Source: Planctomycetota bacterium (GTDB lineage Bacteria > Planctomycetota > UBA1135 > UBA2386). Taken from it: 64,000 nt of DNA. A program made the translations under genes and the position numbers. Where the stretch lies: assembly GCA_965662465.1 (NCBI GenBank), contig CBFIIO010000011.1:23090-87089 (forward strand), given 5' to 3'. This document shows positions 19,122-28,241 of this stretch, piece by piece (the first letter of the stretch is position 1; every line of letters starts with the position of its first letter). The notes under the pieces are model-generated. The model ran no database searches. It had not been told where the DNA came from and saw only the letters and a program-made list of their open reading frames with translations.

Positions 19122-19303
19122 ATCCAGACGGTAGCGTTGTGCGCTTCAGAGGCGAGTTTCTTCAAGCCCTAGACTGCAAAGGATGGCAATTGCAGGTTCA
19201 TCTACTGGGTTCCCCCGGACTTTTTGAGGTCGAGGAAAGCTGCGGATGATGGTCCAGAGCGAATCTCTCGCTTGCTCTTCAAGAGATCTCAGCAGTTGCT
19301 GGC

Positions 19304-20056
19304 TCAGCTAATCAGCAGCAGGATCTGTCGTAACTGCTCCAGTAACGCTAGCGCAGCGATCACCAATACGATGCGTCGGACTGTCTCGGCGCCCTGCTTG
19401 ACGCTCCAGTGGCTCGCTAGGTAACTGCCAATTGCGCAGCCGATCGCCAAGGCGATGGCGGGCACCCAAGTGATGGCGCCGTCGATGGCGAGGCTGGTCG
19501 TGCTGACGATTGCGGTCACCATGACGACGATGCACTTTGCGGAGTTGACCGCCAGCAAGTCTCGGTCGTAGGCATTAGCTAGCACGAGTGTCGCGACGAG
19601 TCCTGTTCCAACCTGCGCATAGCCCATGTGCAGACCGATTACGAAGCAACCAAAAATCCCCACCCATGCAGGACTCCTTTTTTCGCCCGGTTTGATGCCG
19701 CGCAGTTGCTGCACTAGTAGCAGGACCATGATCAGCGCTAAGTAGCTGCGGAACACTAATGGTGGCAGGTTTAGGGCGAGTTTTGCCCCCAGCAGCGCAC
19801 CGGGTAGCGCGATGAGCGCTTGCATGAATGCCTGCTTGGGGATCTTGCGACCGGCGCGAACGAAGCCGATGCATGCGAATACGCCGATGGCTACGGCAGA
19901 CAGCCGCGTCGATGGGTTTGCGGTTTCGAGCGGTAGGTCGAAGCCGTATTCAAACGCAAGCAGGCCGATAATGCCGGCCCCGCCTGCGATGCTATTGATC
20001 GCGCCCATCGCTATCCCGGCGATCACCGTTAGCGCGATTACTGCGAGATATGCCAA
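19304..20056 (-). CDS. TauE/SafE sulfite exporter family membrane protein
   Basis: INSIAGGAG, GALLGA, GSYLA patterns; about 8 TM segments. Confidence 0.85.
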   Translation of the reverse strand: MAYLAVIALTVIAGIAMGAINSIAGGAGIIGLLAFEYGFDLPLETANPSTRLSAVAIGVFACIGFVRAGRKIPKQAFMQALIALPGALLGAKLALNLPPLVFRSYLALIMVLLLVQQLRGIKPGEKRSPAWVGIFGCFVIGLHMGYAQVGTGLVATLVLANAYDRDLLAVNSAKCIVVMVTAIVSTTSLAIDGAITWVPAIALAIGCAIGSYLASHWSVKQGAETVRRIVLVIAALALLEQLRQILLLIS

Positions 20057-20083
20057 TGCCGTGCTTCTTTGGCTAGAGCCTTA

Positions 20084-21070
20084 TTAGCCTAGAAGGGCTT
20101 GGACCATTTCGCGCTCGCTGACCAGCTCGTCCCAGGTAATGCCTGCTTTTTGACGACTGAAGTCATTCATCTCTAGGCCGGTGATGATCTTGTAGTTGCC
20201 TAAGCCATCCGTCGTGCACGGGAAGCTGGAGATGATGCCTTCAGGTGTGCCATAGCTGCCGTCGCTGACGACGCACAAAGATGCCCAATCGTCCGCGGTA
20301 GTCACTGTGAACAGGCTCTTGGCGTGGTCGCATGCGGCTTGCGCGGCTGACATGGCCGATGATTTGCCGCGGGCATTGATGATCGCCTTGCCGCGTTCCT
20401 GCACCGTTGCAATGAAATCTCCTGCCAGCCAAGCATCGTCGTTGACGGCTTCTGCAGCGGCAACCCCATCGATGGTGGCGTGGTGCCAGTCTGGATATTG
20501 CGTGTTGCTGTGGTTACCCCAGATCGTGACGTTTTTGACGTCCGACCAGTGCTTTCCTGATTTGTTGGCTAACTGCGCCTTGGCGCGGCTTTGGTCGAGC
20601 CTAGTCATTGCGGTGAACCTGTCTTGCGGCACTCCCTTCGCATTGTGCATTGCGATCAGGCAGTTGGTGTTGCACGGGTTGCCAACAACTACGACACGAA
20701 CATCCGGGCCAGCGGCGTCGGCGATTGCTTGCCCTTGGCCAATAAAGATCTTGCCGTTGTCTTGTAGTAGATCCTTTCGCTCCATGCCTGGGCCTCGAGG
20801 TTTGCTGCCAACCAAGAGGCATGCGTCGGCGTCTTTGAAGGCAACACGCGGGTCGTCCGAGCAGGTGACCTCGGTGAGCAGCGGGAACGCGCAGTCTTCG
20901 AGTTCCATCTTGACCCCTTCAAGGGCACCGAGCACTGGGGTTACTTCTAATAGTTGGAGGGCGACTTTTTGGTTGGGGCCAAAAATTCCGCCACTGGCGA
21001 TCATCGGAAGTAGGGAATAACCGATCTGTCCAGCGGCTCCGGTGACCGCTACGCGCTTCACATTGCTCAT
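20084..21070 (-). CDS. mdh: Malate dehydrogenase
   Basis: [47 protein letters not shown]. Confidence 0.97.
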   Translation of the reverse strand: MSNVKRVAVTGAAGQIGYSLLPMIASGGIFGPNQKVALQLLEVTPVLGALEGVKMELEDCAFPLLTEVTCSDDPRVAFKDADACLLVGSKPRGPGMERKDLLQDNGKIFIGQGQAIADAAGPDVRVVVVGNPCNTNCLIAMHNAKGVPQDRFTAMTRLDQSRAKAQLANKSGKHWSDVKNVTIWGNHSNTQYPDWHHATIDGVAAAEAVNDDAWLAGDFIATVQERGKAIINARGKSSAMSAAQAACDHAKSLFTVTTADDWASLCVVSDGSYGTPEGIISSFPCTTDGLGNYKIITGLEMNDFSRQKAGITWDELVSEREMVQALLG

Positions 21071-21171
21071 ACATCCATTCCAACGACCGCGCAGCCGCTT
21101 TCAAGGCTGGGTTCGCTTGTTCGCCAAACAGTTCGCTAATCCTGGCCCAATATGCGTGGCGCAGGGCGGTC

Positions 21172-21471
21172 TCAGCTCTCGTCTAGGCCCTGTGCGAATA
21201 GTTTTTGGTCGACAACCGGGTCCAATTCTTTACGCATGACCCGGAGATACTCAGGGTGCCGGAAGAAGATGTCGCACGCATCTTTCGATTCAAACCCAGA
21301 AAAAAGCGCCAAGTTATAGCCCATCCGGTCCTCAGCAATGTTGTGGGTCACCGTGAGATGGTCGACACCAGGCATGGTCTCGATCAGCGCCTGGAGCGCT
21401 TCGCGGGCGGTGCGAATCTTTACCAGTGAGATTCCTGGCTTGAGGCTGAACAAGATCGTGCAATGGAACAT
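21172..21471 (-). CDS. Dabb (stress-responsive A/B barrel) family protein
   Basis: H.ILFSLK, L...MPGV, GYNLAL...F, HPEY pattern; 99 aa. Confidence 0.75.
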   Translation of the reverse strand: MFHCTILFSLKPGISLVKIRTAREALQALIETMPGVDHLTVTHNIAEDRMGYNLALFSGFESKDACDIFFRHPEYLRVMRKELDPVVDQKLFAQGLDES

Positions 21472-21560
21472 GGGCTCGATGGCATCGTGTCCTTGTTGAC
21501 GCGATCAAGCAAGAGCAGCCAGCTCAAACCCGTCTTGCGGGCCCGAGCTGTGCCATGTCC

Positions 21561-22013
21561 TTAGGCTCTTTTTGCTACTCTCAGCGGCCGCCGCTGGTGT
21601 TCTTCTTCGCCCAACTGATGGCCGAAGCAGAGGTCTTCCTCGCCGTCCTGCCAGCAAAACACCACTTCTGTGCTAAGCTTCTTGGCCGTGTGCGAAGAGG
21701 TCTTAGCACCGGCCTTGGCAGGGGTATTCTTGCCAGGGATGTGGACCGTTAACGGATTCGTGCGGAGTACGGTCAGGCCAAGGCCTTCCAGCTCATGCTT
21801 GCAATTATTAAGAGCCTCGTCGTGCTCCCAAATGCGTGCGTCCAGCTCCGCCAGCTCGCGGCGAAAGCCTTCAGGCGTAATTGCTTGCTCAAGCTGGACT
21901 CGCTCGCGGGCGAGGGTGCGACGCTCTGTTCGCCGCTCAAGCATCTCGTTGGCGATGACGCGAACCAGCTTCAAGAGTTGGTTGGCTTCCGTCAGATTGT
22001 ATCGGATGTTCAT
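21561..22013 (-). CDS. DUF2203-like protein
   Basis: YNLTEANQLL, coiled coil, VVFCWQDGE..GH..RRPL; GAAAGGA RBS before ATG 22013. Confidence 0.75.
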   Translation of the reverse strand: MNIRYNLTEANQLLKLVRVIANEMLERRTERRTLARERVQLEQAITPEGFRRELAELDARIWEHDEALNNCKHELEGLGLTVLRTNPLTVHIPGKNTPAKAGAKTSSHTAKKLSTEVVFCWQDGEEDLCFGHQLGEEEHQRRPLRVAKRA

Positions 22014-22166
22014 CGTGGGTTTCCTTTCGGTCGGCAGTCTTCTAATTGAGTGAAACGAAGTAACTGAATAAACGTTCCTTAATTGGACGCCGTTGCAGTC
22101 AATTCCGACACAGTATGTAGTGTGACAAATGTCTGCGGTTACCAACCCGTTGACGGACGAATCAGA

Positions 22167-23885
22167 ATGAGCGAACGAGATATAATGGAGTTTGATGTCG
22201 TGATCGTTGGCGGTGGCCCCGCTGGCCTCAGCACGGCAATCCACTTGGCCAATTTGATCGAGAAGCACAATCTGGAGGTCGATTCCTCTGGCGTTGGGGA
22301 AAAATTGGAGCCAGAAATTTGTCTGATCGACAAGGCTGCGGAGTTGGGTGCGCACTCGCTCTCTGGTGCCGTCTTGGATCCAAAGGCTCTCAACCAGTTG
22401 TTGCCTGATTGGAAGACGATGGAGCCAGCCGCTCCTGTCGAAGCTGAAGTTCACAAGGACTACGTCTTGTGGTTGTCCGAGAAGGGTGGCAAGAAATTGC
22501 CGATCACGCCGCCGCCGTTGAAGAACCACGGCAACTACGTCATCTCGCTCAACAAGATGGTTGGCTGGCTCGGTGGTGTTGCCGAAGAAAAAGGCATCAG
22601 TGTGTTCCCCGGATTTCCTGCAGCCTGTTTGCAGCTAGATGGGAGCAAGGTTGGCGGTGTCCAGCTTGCTGATTCTGGCGTCGACAAGCACGGCGAGAAG
22701 AAAGGCAACTATGAGCCCGGCGGCATCCTTGCCGCGAAAATGACTGTGCTCACTGAGGGCTCGCGCGGTTCGTTGACGAAGCAGTTGGTCAACGATCTCA
22801 ACCTGCAAGGCAAGAACCCTCAGGTATATGGTCTAGGCGTTAAGGAAGTTTGGGAGGTCCCGGCGGGCCAATGCGAGCCGGGCCTGGTCGTCCATACGAT
22901 GGGCTACCCGCTCGACTCCAAAACGTTTGGTGGCGGCTGGATCTACGGCATGGGCAAGACCGACGATGGCAAAAACCTCGTTTCGGTTGGCCTTGTTGTA
23001 GGCCTAGATGCCAGCGACCCAACTTTGGACGGTCATCGCCAGCTGCAGCGCATGAAGCTCAACCCGAAGGTCGCCGCGTTCCTGCGGGGCGGCAAGATGC
23101 TGCATTATGGCGCCAAGTCACTGCCAGAAGGTGGTCTCTACTCGATGCCCAAGAACTATGGTGACGGCTTCCTGATTGCCGGCGATAGCTCAGGCTTCAT
23201 GAACAGCATGCGCCTGAAGGGCATCCATCTGGCAATGCGCAGTGGCATGCTTGCAGCTGAGACCACGTTTGCCAGCTTGAAGAGTGGTGACTTTTCAGAA
23301 GCCGCGACCAAATCTTACGCCGACAAGATCAAGGCGGATTGGGCCCATGACGAGCTGTGGCAGTGCCGCAATTTCCATCAGGGCTTTCACAAGGGGCTGA
23401 TCGGTGGCTTAATCAACGCCGGATTTGCGCAGATGTTTGGTGGCAAGGGCGCTTGGTTCTCCGACGAACTCAAGAGCAACGCTGGCCACACTTATATGAA
23501 GCAGATCGGTGACTACTTTGGTGGTAAGGGTAAGCCAGAGCCTGAAAAGCTCGCTGAGGATGGAGTCCTAACCTTTGACAAGCTGACATCGGTCTACAGT
23601 TCGGGCACCATGCACGAGGAAGACCAGCCGTGTCACTTGGTTGTCAGCGAGCCAGACCTGTGTGCTACGAGGTGTGTCGAGGAGTTTGGCAACCCCTGTC
23701 AGCACTTCTGCCCTGCCGCAGTTTATGAGATGGAGGAGAAGCCCGATGCCAAGCACGGAATCGATCTCAAGATTAATGCGAGCAACTGTGTGCACTGTAA
23801 GACGTGTGACATCATGGATCCCTACCAGGTCATCAATTGGGTGACGCCGGAAGGTGGCGGTGGCCCGAACTACACCAACCTGTAG
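22167..23885 (+). CDS. Electron transfer flavoprotein-ubiquinone oxidoreductase
   Basis: DVVIVGGGPAGL, GAHSLSGA, KGIHLAMRSG, CPAAVYE, NCVHCKTCDIMDP..WVTPEGGGGPNY. Confidence 0.96.
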   Translation: MSERDIMEFDVVIVGGGPAGLSTAIHLANLIEKHNLEVDSSGVGEKLEPEICLIDKAAELGAHSLSGAVLDPKALNQLLPDWKTMEPAAPVEAEVHKDYVLWLSEKGGKKLPITPPPLKNHGNYVISLNKMVGWLGGVAEEKGISVFPGFPAACLQLDGSKVGGVQLADSGVDKHGEKKGNYEPGGILAAKMTVLTEGSRGSLTKQLVNDLNLQGKNPQVYGLGVKEVWEVPAGQCEPGLVVHTMGYPLDSKTFGGGWIYGMGKTDDGKNLVSVGLVVGLDASDPTLDGHRQLQRMKLNPKVAAFLRGGKMLHYGAKSLPEGGLYSMPKNYGDGFLIAGDSSGFMNSMRLKGIHLAMRSGMLAAETTFASLKSGDFSEAATKSYADKIKADWAHDELWQCRNFHQGFHKGLIGGLINAGFAQMFGGKGAWFSDELKSNAGHTYMKQIGDYFGGKGKPEPEKLAEDGVLTFDKLTSVYSSGTMHEEDQPCHLVVSEPDLCATRCVEEFGNPCQHFCPAAVYEMEEKPDAKHGIDLKINASNCVHCKTCDIMDPYQVINWVTPEGGGGPNYTNL

Positions 23886-24001
23886 CGATCTAACAGCAAC
23901 GGCGCATTTGTGGGGTTCACCACGAATGGCTGGGCTACGTTGCGCGACTTTGGCTCGCTTGTCCTTGCAGGCTACTTAGGCTGAGGCACTGTGGAAGTGA
24001 A

Positions 24002-24691
24002 TCAGCGCTGTCCACTGACCTGCGTCCGGTGAACCAGCGCATCGATGGGGCCGCTATCTTTTCGTATTCGTACGATTGCGTGCCCCAGTTCGGTGATTTG
24101 GTCGTCATCGATGGCCAGAGGCTCGGCAAACGCGGCGGCCAGTTCTGCTGGTGAAGAGGCATGAATCAGGTGTGATCCGAGTGCTGATTTCACGCTGCGT
24201 AGCCCGGCTATGCGAGTTGCTTCAGTCAGTTCGATATCGGTCACACCCTGTAAGGGCTGCATCTGTTCTTCTTCCCAGCCGAGTTCTTGCCACGCGGTGA
24301 CTAGATCGGGCAGCATGCTCTGGGCTGGTAGATCGATGACGAAACGACCGCCAGGACGCAAATTGTTGCGAATCAGCTGTGCATAGTTTTCGACCGCCAG
24401 GAGTGGTCCAGTGCGTGGTGCGATCAGAATCGAGTCATGGGTTCCGAAGGTCTCGCCGCCGGTCGTTTCGTGCGAAAACACGGTCAGTTCGGGCCATTGA
24501 TGTCCGGCTAATTGCTCTGCGATCTGCCGATCCTGCACCACAAGGGTCAATTGACCGGAATTGCCGATGACGGAACGCAACGCGACCACCTCGCTGATCG
24601 ATGGATCGATCGCGAGCAATCGGTTGCCTCTGCGCACATCAAGGCGCTCGAGTGCACTGTCAAACCATGGCTGGGCGAGTTCGACTTGCAT
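24002..24691 (-). CDS. Degenerate class I SAM-methyltransferase-fold protein
   Basis: LERLDVRRGNRLLAI, FGTHDSIL and LRPGGRFVI; glycine-rich motif I absent. Confidence 0.55.
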   Translation of the reverse strand: MQVELAQPWFDSALERLDVRRGNRLLAIDPSISEVVALRSVIGNSGQLTLVVQDRQIAEQLAGHQWPELTVFSHETTGGETFGTHDSILIAPRTGPLLAVENYAQLIRNNLRPGGRFVIDLPAQSMLPDLVTAWQELGWEEEQMQPLQGVTDIELTEATRIAGLRSVKSALGSHLIHASSPAELAAAFAEPLAIDDDQITELGHAIVRIRKDSGPIDALVHRTQVSGQR

Positions 24692-24752
24692 ACACGAAGC
24701 TTAGCCTCGGCCTTTCGCTGTGTCCGTTCGCACGTAACAATCTGATCAACCA

Positions 24753-26339
24753 TTGCGCATCGATCCCAGACAACTTGATGGCCGTGCCTTTGACGTGATC
24801 GTCATCGGTGCTGGAATCCAGGGGGCAGCCTTAGCCCGCGAAGCCACGATGCGTGGTTTATCGACCTTGTTGGTGGATGCGCGGGACATTGCAGCTGGGA
24901 CTAGTTCGCGTAGCAGCCGCCTTGTGCACGGAGGACTTAGGTATTTACGCCACGGTCATATCGGACTGGTTAAGGAGGCGTTGCAAGAGCGCGAACGGCT
25001 GTTGCGGTCGGCGCCGCACTTGGTGCGCCCCCAGCCAATGCTGATGCCTTTCTATCCTGACAGTGGAGTCTCAAGTTGGAAGATGCGACTTGGCTCGATG
25101 CTCTATAGCAAGCTCGCTGGCCGCAGTACGTTGCCGCGTCCACGTCGCTTGTCCAGCCAAGCCGCTGCGGCAGCGTTTCCTGGTTTGCGCACGGCGGGCT
25201 TGAAGTCGGCGCTCGAGTTTTATGACGCTCGCACGCAGGATGCTCGTCTGACGTTGGCGAATGTTGTGGCTGCCGTCGATGCTGGCTGCGCATTCGCTAA
25301 CCATGCAGAGGTCTGCGGAGTCGATGATAACGGGTTGCAGCTATTGGACCGCGTGTCGGGTGAATCCGTATCGGTTCGAAGCAAGGCAATCTTGAACGCC
25401 GCTGGACCTGCAGCCGACACGGTTCGCAATCTTTGTCTTATTGGAGGTCAGGCTCTAGTGCGACTCACTCGCGGTAGTCACATTGTTCTACCAGCACGAG
25501 CAGGTGAATTGGCGTTGGCTGCGTTCTTGCCCGATCAGCGGATTCAGTTTGTGATCCCGCATGACGGCGGCACCCTTTGTGGCACAACTGATGTCGACGA
25601 TGAGTTGCACGGAGATGAGGCCCCGCCGCCAGTCGAAGATTTGGATTACCTGAGAGAGGCTTTAGGGTTCGTTTTAGAGACGGTGCCAGACCGTCAAGAT
25701 GTGAAGTTCGCGTTTGCTGGCTGGCGGGCATTGCCTCGCGTTGATGGCCCACCCGGATCGTTGAATCGCGAGGCGTTCGTTGTTTCTGAAGCTTCTCGAT
25801 GTGGCAACTTCCATACCGTAGTTGGTGGCAAATTGACCACGCACCGATCGTTTGCGGAGCGTGTCATCGTCAAACTATTTGGCGTGACGGGGCCCTCGCC
25901 AACGCGTACGGCAGTGCTTCCGGGCGGGGATGGTCCGCGAGAAGTCGATGATCCCTTGTGGTGGCGACATGGAAGTCGTGTCCGCGAGGTGCGTGATTTG
26001 ATTTTAGAGAACTCTGAGTTTGCTCAGCCACTTTGTCCTCATCGACCGTTTTTAATCGGCGAACTAGTGCACGCTCTGAGGAACCTGTCCGCTGTTACGT
26101 TTGCGGATGTGATGTTGCGCCGTTTGGTTCACGTGCTTGGACCATGTGTCGATGATGCGTGCCTGCAGCGAGCGCACAGTTGGTTTGTTCGGGAGCGCCA
26201 GTGGCCGGTTGACGAGGAATGTGCTTTGGCAATCCAGTCAGTTCATGCGGAAATAAGAGGTTTGAGCGGCGATCTTGATAGTTGGCGTAATGGCGTTTCG
26301 GGTTCCGGCGATGAACATCAGCAGGTGAACCATGACTGA
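24753..26339 (+). CDS. glpD: FAD-dependent glycerol-3-phosphate dehydrogenase/oxidase
   Basis: GAGIQG, GTSSRSSRLVHGGLRYL, NAAGP, RGSHIV, GGKLTTHR. Confidence 0.9.
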   Translation: MRIDPRQLDGRAFDVIVIGAGIQGAALAREATMRGLSTLLVDARDIAAGTSSRSSRLVHGGLRYLRHGHIGLVKEALQERERLLRSAPHLVRPQPMLMPFYPDSGVSSWKMRLGSMLYSKLAGRSTLPRPRRLSSQAAAAAFPGLRTAGLKSALEFYDARTQDARLTLANVVAAVDAGCAFANHAEVCGVDDNGLQLLDRVSGESVSVRSKAILNAAGPAADTVRNLCLIGGQALVRLTRGSHIVLPARAGELALAAFLPDQRIQFVIPHDGGTLCGTTDVDDELHGDEAPPPVEDLDYLREALGFVLETVPDRQDVKFAFAGWRALPRVDGPPGSLNREAFVVSEASRCGNFHTVVGGKLTTHRSFAERVIVKLFGVTGPSPTRTAVLPGGDGPREVDDPLWWRHGSRVREVRDLILENSEFAQPLCPHRPFLIGELVHALRNLSAVTFADVMLRRLVHVLGPCVDDACLQRAHSWFVRERQWPVDEECALAIQSVHAEIRGLSGDLDSWRNGVSGSGDEHQQVNHD

Positions 26340-28038
26340 GATCTTTGCATTTCCGAATACCTGGCGTTGGTTAGATCGGCCGCCGGTCCATCTTGAGACC
26401 GGTTTGTCGGGGCACGTCGTGATCGTTTTGTATTGGCGTTTAGGTTGTTTGCATAGCCGCGTTGCCCTGCGCGAATTAGCTGCTGTAACTGCAACTACCG
26501 ACGCGGGACCAGTCGCCGTCATTGCTGTTCATGTTGCGACTTGTGAGGAAGAGCGGGACCCCGATCGCCTCCGTCGCGAATTGCTGCAAATGCCCAGTTG
26601 CATCACCTTCGTAGAGCAGTCAGAACCCGGTGATCTTGAGCGCCTGCCAGCAATGCTGCTGATTGATCCAATGATGGTGGTCCGCGTCCGCACAGTTGGC
26701 ATCCCGCGTCGCAATCGCCTTCGTGCTGCGATAGAGATGTTGGCTTCCGAGGCTAAGCGATCTGGTCAGCTTGCTGAGGTTCCGTATGTGTCGTTGCAGG
26801 CGTCCCGAGGAGCGCGCTTGTTGCCGACTGCCGCTGTGGCATTTGGCGAGCGGACCTGGGTTGCGAGTGCCGGTCATCACCGTGTCTTTGCTTTCGATGG
26901 TGAAGGCAATGTATGCAATGTGATCGGATCGGGTCAGTCAGGTGATGATGACGGCGATTCTGACCAGGCATCATTCTCATTGCCATTTGCATTGTGTATT
27001 CACGAGCAACACCTAGTCGTAGCAGACGCTTCGACGCACACGTTGCGTGCGATTGACCGCAGTAGCGGTGAAGTGGTTACTTGGTGTGGCACTGGCCAGC
27101 TCGGATTTGATGATATGGGCGGAAGCTATGGGCGCGACCAGGCGCTGAGTTCGCCCGCTGGCATCATTAGTCGCGATGGTGGGCTCTATATCTGCCAAGC
27201 AGGAACAGATCAGATTTGGCAGATTGATCCGATGACTGGCGCGGCAATGGCTTGGCTAGGAGGTCAGGCCGCCGACTACAGTGGTGAGCACTATCCGGCC
27301 GGTGAAGATGCCTTTTGCGAGCCGCTTGGTTTAGCTGTTGCTGGCGAGGCCCTGTGGGTGGTCGAGGGCCGCGGCCATAAACTTTCGGTCGTCGATCTTG
27401 GGCATGTGCAGCACAGCGTTGTGGACGACTCGTTCCGGCGTCCCGTTGCTGTTGCTGTTCATGGGGAGCGGGTCCTAGTCGTTGACAGCTGGCAGGGCGC
27501 GGTCTTCGTGGTTGTGGCTAGTGATGGCCAAGTCGTCCAGCTATTTGGTCGAGCGCAAGGACTTGTGGAGCCGGTATCGATCGCGGTTGATGGTGATCGG
27601 ATGTTGGTTGCAGACATTGGCGCTGACTGTGTATTCGTCAGTGATTTGTCAGTTGCGGAGCCTGTGTTGTCGCGACTGCCGTTGACAGGTTTGCCTGATG
27701 CAGAACCCGGTTCCGCCCATGGAGCGATTCTGGCCTGCGCTTGTTCGATTCGGGAGCACAGCGACGTGATCCTACGCGTCGCGGTCGCTGGCCATGAGGA
27801 TGAGACCGAAGTTGTTGTCGATGTCGTAGATGAAGCCTTGCCGATATTGGCTTGCGCACGTCATCAGGTCACTAAAGTGGTTGATGGAGCCATCCAGATT
27901 CTCTTGCCTGTAGCTGATGCAGGGGAAGGCGTGTTGCGTATTCGCTTACGGTTGCCTAGCGAGGTTCGGCACTATGTGCTACCCACGGCGGCCTGCGCGG
28001 GAGGAGATCTCGAGACCGTGCTCAGAATGCCTTCCTAA
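26332..28038 (+). CDS. Thioredoxin-like plus NHL-repeat protein (NHLRC2/SOQ1-like architecture)
   Basis: WLDRPP.L..LSGHVVIVLYW..GCLHS, VIAVH; NHL repeats IGSGQSG..DG, VADASTHTLRAID, LSSP, AGTDQIW. Confidence 0.8.
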   Translation: MTEIFAFPNTWRWLDRPPVHLETGLSGHVVIVLYWRLGCLHSRVALRELAAVTATTDAGPVAVIAVHVATCEEERDPDRLRRELLQMPSCITFVEQSEPGDLERLPAMLLIDPMMVVRVRTVGIPRRNRLRAAIEMLASEAKRSGQLAEVPYVSLQASRGARLLPTAAVAFGERTWVASAGHHRVFAFDGEGNVCNVIGSGQSGDDDGDSDQASFSLPFALCIHEQHLVVADASTHTLRAIDRSSGEVVTWCGTGQLGFDDMGGSYGRDQALSSPAGIISRDGGLYICQAGTDQIWQIDPMTGAAMAWLGGQAADYSGEHYPAGEDAFCEPLGLAVAGEALWVVEGRGHKLSVVDLGHVQHSVVDDSFRRPVAVAVHGERVLVVDSWQGAVFVVVASDGQVVQLFGRAQGLVEPVSIAVDGDRMLVADIGADCVFVSDLSVAEPVLSRLPLTGLPDAEPGSAHGAILACACSIREHSDVILRVAVAGHEDETEVVVDVVDEALPILACARHQVTKVVDGAIQILLPVADAGEGVLRIRLRLPSEVRHYVLPTAACAGGDLETVLRMPS

Positions 28039-28241
28039 GCACCGGTGTAGCTGATCATCAGTTACTTTGTGTGTTCTTGATCTTGCTTACGTTATCGCTG
28101 TGGCGGCTGCATCTTCGTTTGCTCGGCGGCAAGGAGTCATTTGGACTTTTTGTCGTTTGCCAGTTACTGGCGTTAGACGATTAGACTTTCAGTCCGCCTA
28201 ATCCGTTTGATTCTCTCCTTACAGAGAATCGCTCAGACCTA

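Noticed and set aside
21561-22529. 322-aa minus-strand ORF overlapping ETF-QO
   Set aside because: Only the last 150 codons (from ATG 22013, with RBS) look like a protein; the rest is antisense shadow of ETF-QO.
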